DNA of 64,000 nt from the human T2T-CHM13v2.0 reference genome, Homo sapiens, in assembly GCF_009914755.1 (NCBI RefSeq), contig NC_060925.1. The stretch is one strand, 5' to 3'. The position numbers were made by a program, and so were the translations under genes. Positions 1-64,000 of the stretch are shown in pieces. The notes below the pieces were generated by a model that worked only from the letters and a program-made list of their open reading frames with translations, was not told the DNA's origin and made no database searches. Every line of letters begins with the position of its first letter. Positions within the stretch are counted from its first letter, which is position 1.

Positions 1-130
1 GGGATATTGTGAAGATTCACGAAATGTTTAAAAAGGACCTGGCCTGAAGCAAGGGCCCAAAAAGATGCCCCAAAAAGGAATCCCTGGTGCCCCTCTTCTC
101 TGCCAGGAAGGGGCGGATTCTGCCCTGCTA

Positions 131-20159
<20,029 letters not shown>

Positions 20160-22196
20160 GCCGGCTCCTCGCGCTCATCGCCGGCCCCGGCGCTGCGGCC
20201 CTCGGCCTGGGCCCCGGCGTGCGCAAGGCCCTGGGCGGGGGCGCGGTCCGGACGGCCCGGGGCGAGGGGCGCTGGGCTAGCGCGGGGCTGGAGCAGGGCT
20301 GACGCGGGCGGGGCACCTGGGCCACCAGGCTCGGCGCGGCTCCGACACTGCCGCAGTCCCTCCGTGCGCGCCGCAAGCCCCGCCCGGCCCTCTGCGGCCC
20401 TCGCAGCGCCCGCGCCGGGGCTGCCGGGACTTGTAGTCCCCGCCTGCTCCTCCGCACACACCGGGGGCGGGGCGACCGGAGACACACACCTCACGGAGGT
20501 AGCCCCCGCCAGCACGTCCCAGTGGTTAGGGACTGTGCGTGCTGGTCCAGCTCTCCATGTCTTCCAGGCCGCGCGACCGTGAGCAAGTCACTGATCCTCT
20601 CTGGCCCTCTTTTCCCAACCTGTAGGATAGCAATGCCTGCTTCACAGAGAACTGCTGCGAGGATCACACAAGAAAATGCTTGTCAACTGGGCGTGGTGGC
20701 GCATGCCTGTAATCCCAGCTACTCGGAGACTAAGCCAGGAGAATCGCTTGAACCCAGGAGGCGGAGGTTGCTGTGAGCCGGGATCATGCCATTGCACTCC
20801 AGCATGGGCAAAAAGAGCGAAACTCTGTCTCAAAAAAAAAAAAAAAAGAAAATGCGTATCAAGCACTTGAGACAGTGCCTGGCGCTGCTTGATGAATGCA
20901 AAGAAGGAAGACACACCTGCCCAGAGATTCACAGGGTCAGATGTGGGCCCACAGAGACCCAGGGAGAGTCTGCCATGATGCACTGGAGGCCTTGAAATGC
21001 CAGAGAAAGAGAAGCCTCACAGCGTGACCTGCAGACACACCTGCACTGGGGGGATTCATGAAGACCCCTGAAAGGCACCAGAGATGTCTTACCTGCGTGC
21101 AGCATTTATCCTGCTACCCCATAGTGACCGGCACAGGCATAGTGTTCCCTGTCTCCAGGACCTCTGGACAGAGGAGCTCCAAAGGGGAGAGTGGATCTGT
21201 GAGATCCTAGGGCAAACAAGGGAAGGTTCACGTTAGGGCCAAGGATAGACGTGGGCAGGATCACTGGTCATTTGTCCAGTATGAATTTATGGAGTGCCAG
21301 CACCACTGTGGGAGCCAGGAACGTGAGAGTGAACAAAACAGAGATGCCCCTGTCCCTGCGGAGACTGCTGTCTACTGGGAAGTAGCCCTAGTCAAGGAAA
21401 GGAAAACTCCAACGATCCCTATTGTGGAAGGGGCTGGAAGGAGACACAGCTGTGATGGTGGTGAGGGTGTGGGTAGGGGATAGACCCCAGGAGGGAAAGC
21501 AGCACCTGATTCATAGCAAGATCCCAGTGAACATTTGGTACAGGAACACACGTTGGCAGGACTTGCTGGTGGATAGGATGTGGGGGTGCAGGAATGTGTG
21601 GAATTCAAGATGCTCCCCAGGGTTTTGGCCTGAGCAGCTGGGTGCCAGTGGAGCCATTTACTCAGCTGGGGCAGGCTGCCCGAGCCAACCAGTTGCGGGT
21701 CATTCCTGTTGACCACCTGGGCCATGGGACTGGCTTCCTTGGGTCAGGTGACAAGAGTTCTTTCATCTTCCGGTGACACTTCCAGGGGAGGCAGGCTGCT
21801 TAACTTTTCAGAACTCCCATGTCCTCCCCCAGGGCTTAGCTCAATTTCTGGCAGGAACCCAGCCTCCAGGGCAGCAGGAAGGCTGGGTTTGGAAATGGCT
21901 AGCCCAGGTGGCCTTGGCAAGAGGCAGTATGGTACAGTGGCAAGGGGCTGGGTTCTGGCATCAGAAAGACATGGATGCATGAGTTGCTTTCTAGCTGTGT
22001 GAGCTTTAAAATGTCACTTTCCTTCTCTAAGGCTCTCCTTCCCCTCACCTACAAAATGGAAGGCATGGAGAGGATGAAATGAGATGGCAGGAACTTGGTA
22101 GAAGCCAGCTGCTTGCTTTAGATCCTGGCACTGGATTAGCGGCTTCATAAAAGCAGAGGTACTCCAGTCTGGGTGAAAGACTGAGACTCCCTCTAA

Positions 22197-22198
22197 AA

Positions 22199-22237
<39 letters not shown>

Positions 22238-22238
22238 A
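22197..22238. repeat. (TAAA)n tetranucleotide repeat
   Basis: About 10 units, the tail of a very short Alu 3' fragment. Confidence 0.95.
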
Positions 22239-22824
22239 AGCAGAGGGCTTGGGGACTGCATGGGGGACTGCCTTGCAAGGGTGCCCCCTTCATTCTTTTT
22301 ATTGCTAAGGCTGCCTGGCCTTAAAGGGGCTCTATTCCCTGAGCCAGCTGGGAAGGAGCCGCACCTGCAGCTCGTCCCTTCTCCTTAATGAGGGAGGAGG
22401 CCAGAGGAAGCTTCCTTCCAAACCACAGAGCATGTGGGAGGCCTTGCCATCTGCTTGGGGTTACCTTTGGGGAAGTGGCTCTCGGTGTGTGGTCATCGAG
22501 GAGGTCTGTGGCCCAGGCTGTCTTCCCGGATAACCGTGTCTGAAATTTCCAGTCCCACGTGGGTGAGAACCGACTGAACAGCTTCCCTTCTAGGCTGTGG
22601 CTCTCTTGGGAACCCACGGAGAGGGCGTAATAGGCCTGGTCCCAGTGGCAAAAAGCTTGAGAAATCACTAATTTGGGCGAGTTTATTCCAGAGCATTGCT
22701 TTACTTTTCGACTTCTCTAGTTTCACTAGATTTTTGCAACAAAAGAGGATTTTTTTCACCTAGTAACAAACCCTGTTGGTAGGATTATGGCTGTCTAGAC
22801 ACACAGTAAAGTGGGGTTTCAGTT

Positions 22825-26596
<3,772 letters not shown>

Positions 26597-27149
26597 TGTG
26601 CAGTGAGCATGCCAGCCAAGGCAGCAGTGCTGTGGAGTTGATGTTTGCAGTGAGAGGCCCCACGAGGTCATTTGTGGAACTAACTGGATTCACAACTGAC
26701 CAGGGTCATTGCTCTGTGCTGGAGGAATCTCAAACCTGGCCTCACCGACGTATCCAAAGACTTACCAAGATTTGGTTTTCAGTAATTCTGGTACTGAAAA
26801 CTATAGAAACTGGGAAGATACAGAACACTAACACTAACTGAGTGTTCAGAATAAGTGCCAGGCATTCTCATACCAGATGAATGAAGTAGGCACAATTATG
26901 GATCCCATCTTACAGATGGGCGAATGGAGCAGCAAAGAGGTGAAGGAACTTGTCCAAGGTTGTCTAGCTGGTGAGTGGCAAAGCTGGGAACAAGCTGCAG
27001 GCCCTGCCTGATGTCAGTTCCACGGCTCATCACCTCCTTCCAGCTAGGGTACCCCCACCCCCGCTCAGCTCTGAAGCCCTGTCCATCTCTCCAAGGACAA
27101 GGACTCCTGGCACCTTCACATTCCCCTGCGGCAAGTAAAGGAACAGGTT

Positions 27150-27309
27150 CTTTTTTTTTTGTTAATAAAGTAGAATAACATTTATTTCTTAAAATTTTTA
27201 TTATACATGCTGTATTCATGGAAAACCAAGATCTTTAAAGGAACTCAAATTAGATATAAATTATGTTCAGCTCTGAGCTGGTTATAAATCATGTTTAGCA
27301 TGGAAACAG
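27150..27309 (-). terminator. SDHB 3' UTR with two AATAAA polyadenylation signals
   Basis: tttatt on the plus strand at 27181-27186 and 27197-27202; a genomic A-run on the minus strand at ~27151-27160. Confidence 0.85.
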
Positions 27310-63705
<36,396 letters not shown>

Positions 63706-64000
63706 TCCCTAAGAATTTGTCAGTCTTATTATTCATCTCTGACGCTTACTGGCTTGAGTCAGCCCTTTCTGTCGCATACCGTGCAGCTTGCCCGAGGCTG
63801 CCCAGGTTTCTGCACTGAGAGTCCCAAACAAACTGGGCAGTTGGTGAATGAGCTGAGGTGATTTCAAGGGTGGCTGGCAAAGGTGCCATTCTTTTGTTCG
63901 TTCATTCATTCATTCATAAATACGAATGGAGTGGCTACTATGTGGCAGGCACCAAGTGCTGGGATGCTGCAGGGAATGAGCAAGCCAGGTGGTCACTGCT

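Overview
Primate (very likely human, chr1p36.13) genomic DNA containing two tandem minus-strand genes in a highly Alu-rich background. SDHB (succinate dehydrogenase iron-sulfur subunit) is complete: 8 coding exons at 62456->27310, 843 nt, 280 aa plus stop. ATP13A2/PARK9 (lysosomal P5B polyamine-transporting ATPase) is partial: coding exons 1-20 at 20159->157, continuing beyond the left edge. All exon boundaries were read from the sequence, follow GT-AG and add up to continuous frames. Each gene has a CpG-island promoter. Introns carry many Alus, old L1 fragments, MIRs, several LTRs and a Tigger4a MITE. Most ORFs in the six-frame track are Alu-derived or GC-rich artefacts. The top hunt result is an out-of-frame AUG 19 nt upstream of the ATP13A2 start. 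After splicing of exons 1-4 it opens a 103-codon Arg-rich overlapping uORF, a candidate (possibly polyamine-responsive) translational control element; this is untested. Other findings include SDHB uORFs plus a TISU start, a ~250-bp L1/Alu composite duplicated between SDHB intron 2 and ATP13A2 intron 1, a perfect 18-bp hairpin, and a stop-free in-frame ATP13A2 intron 9. Repeat family names and variant identities come from recall and are not database-verified.
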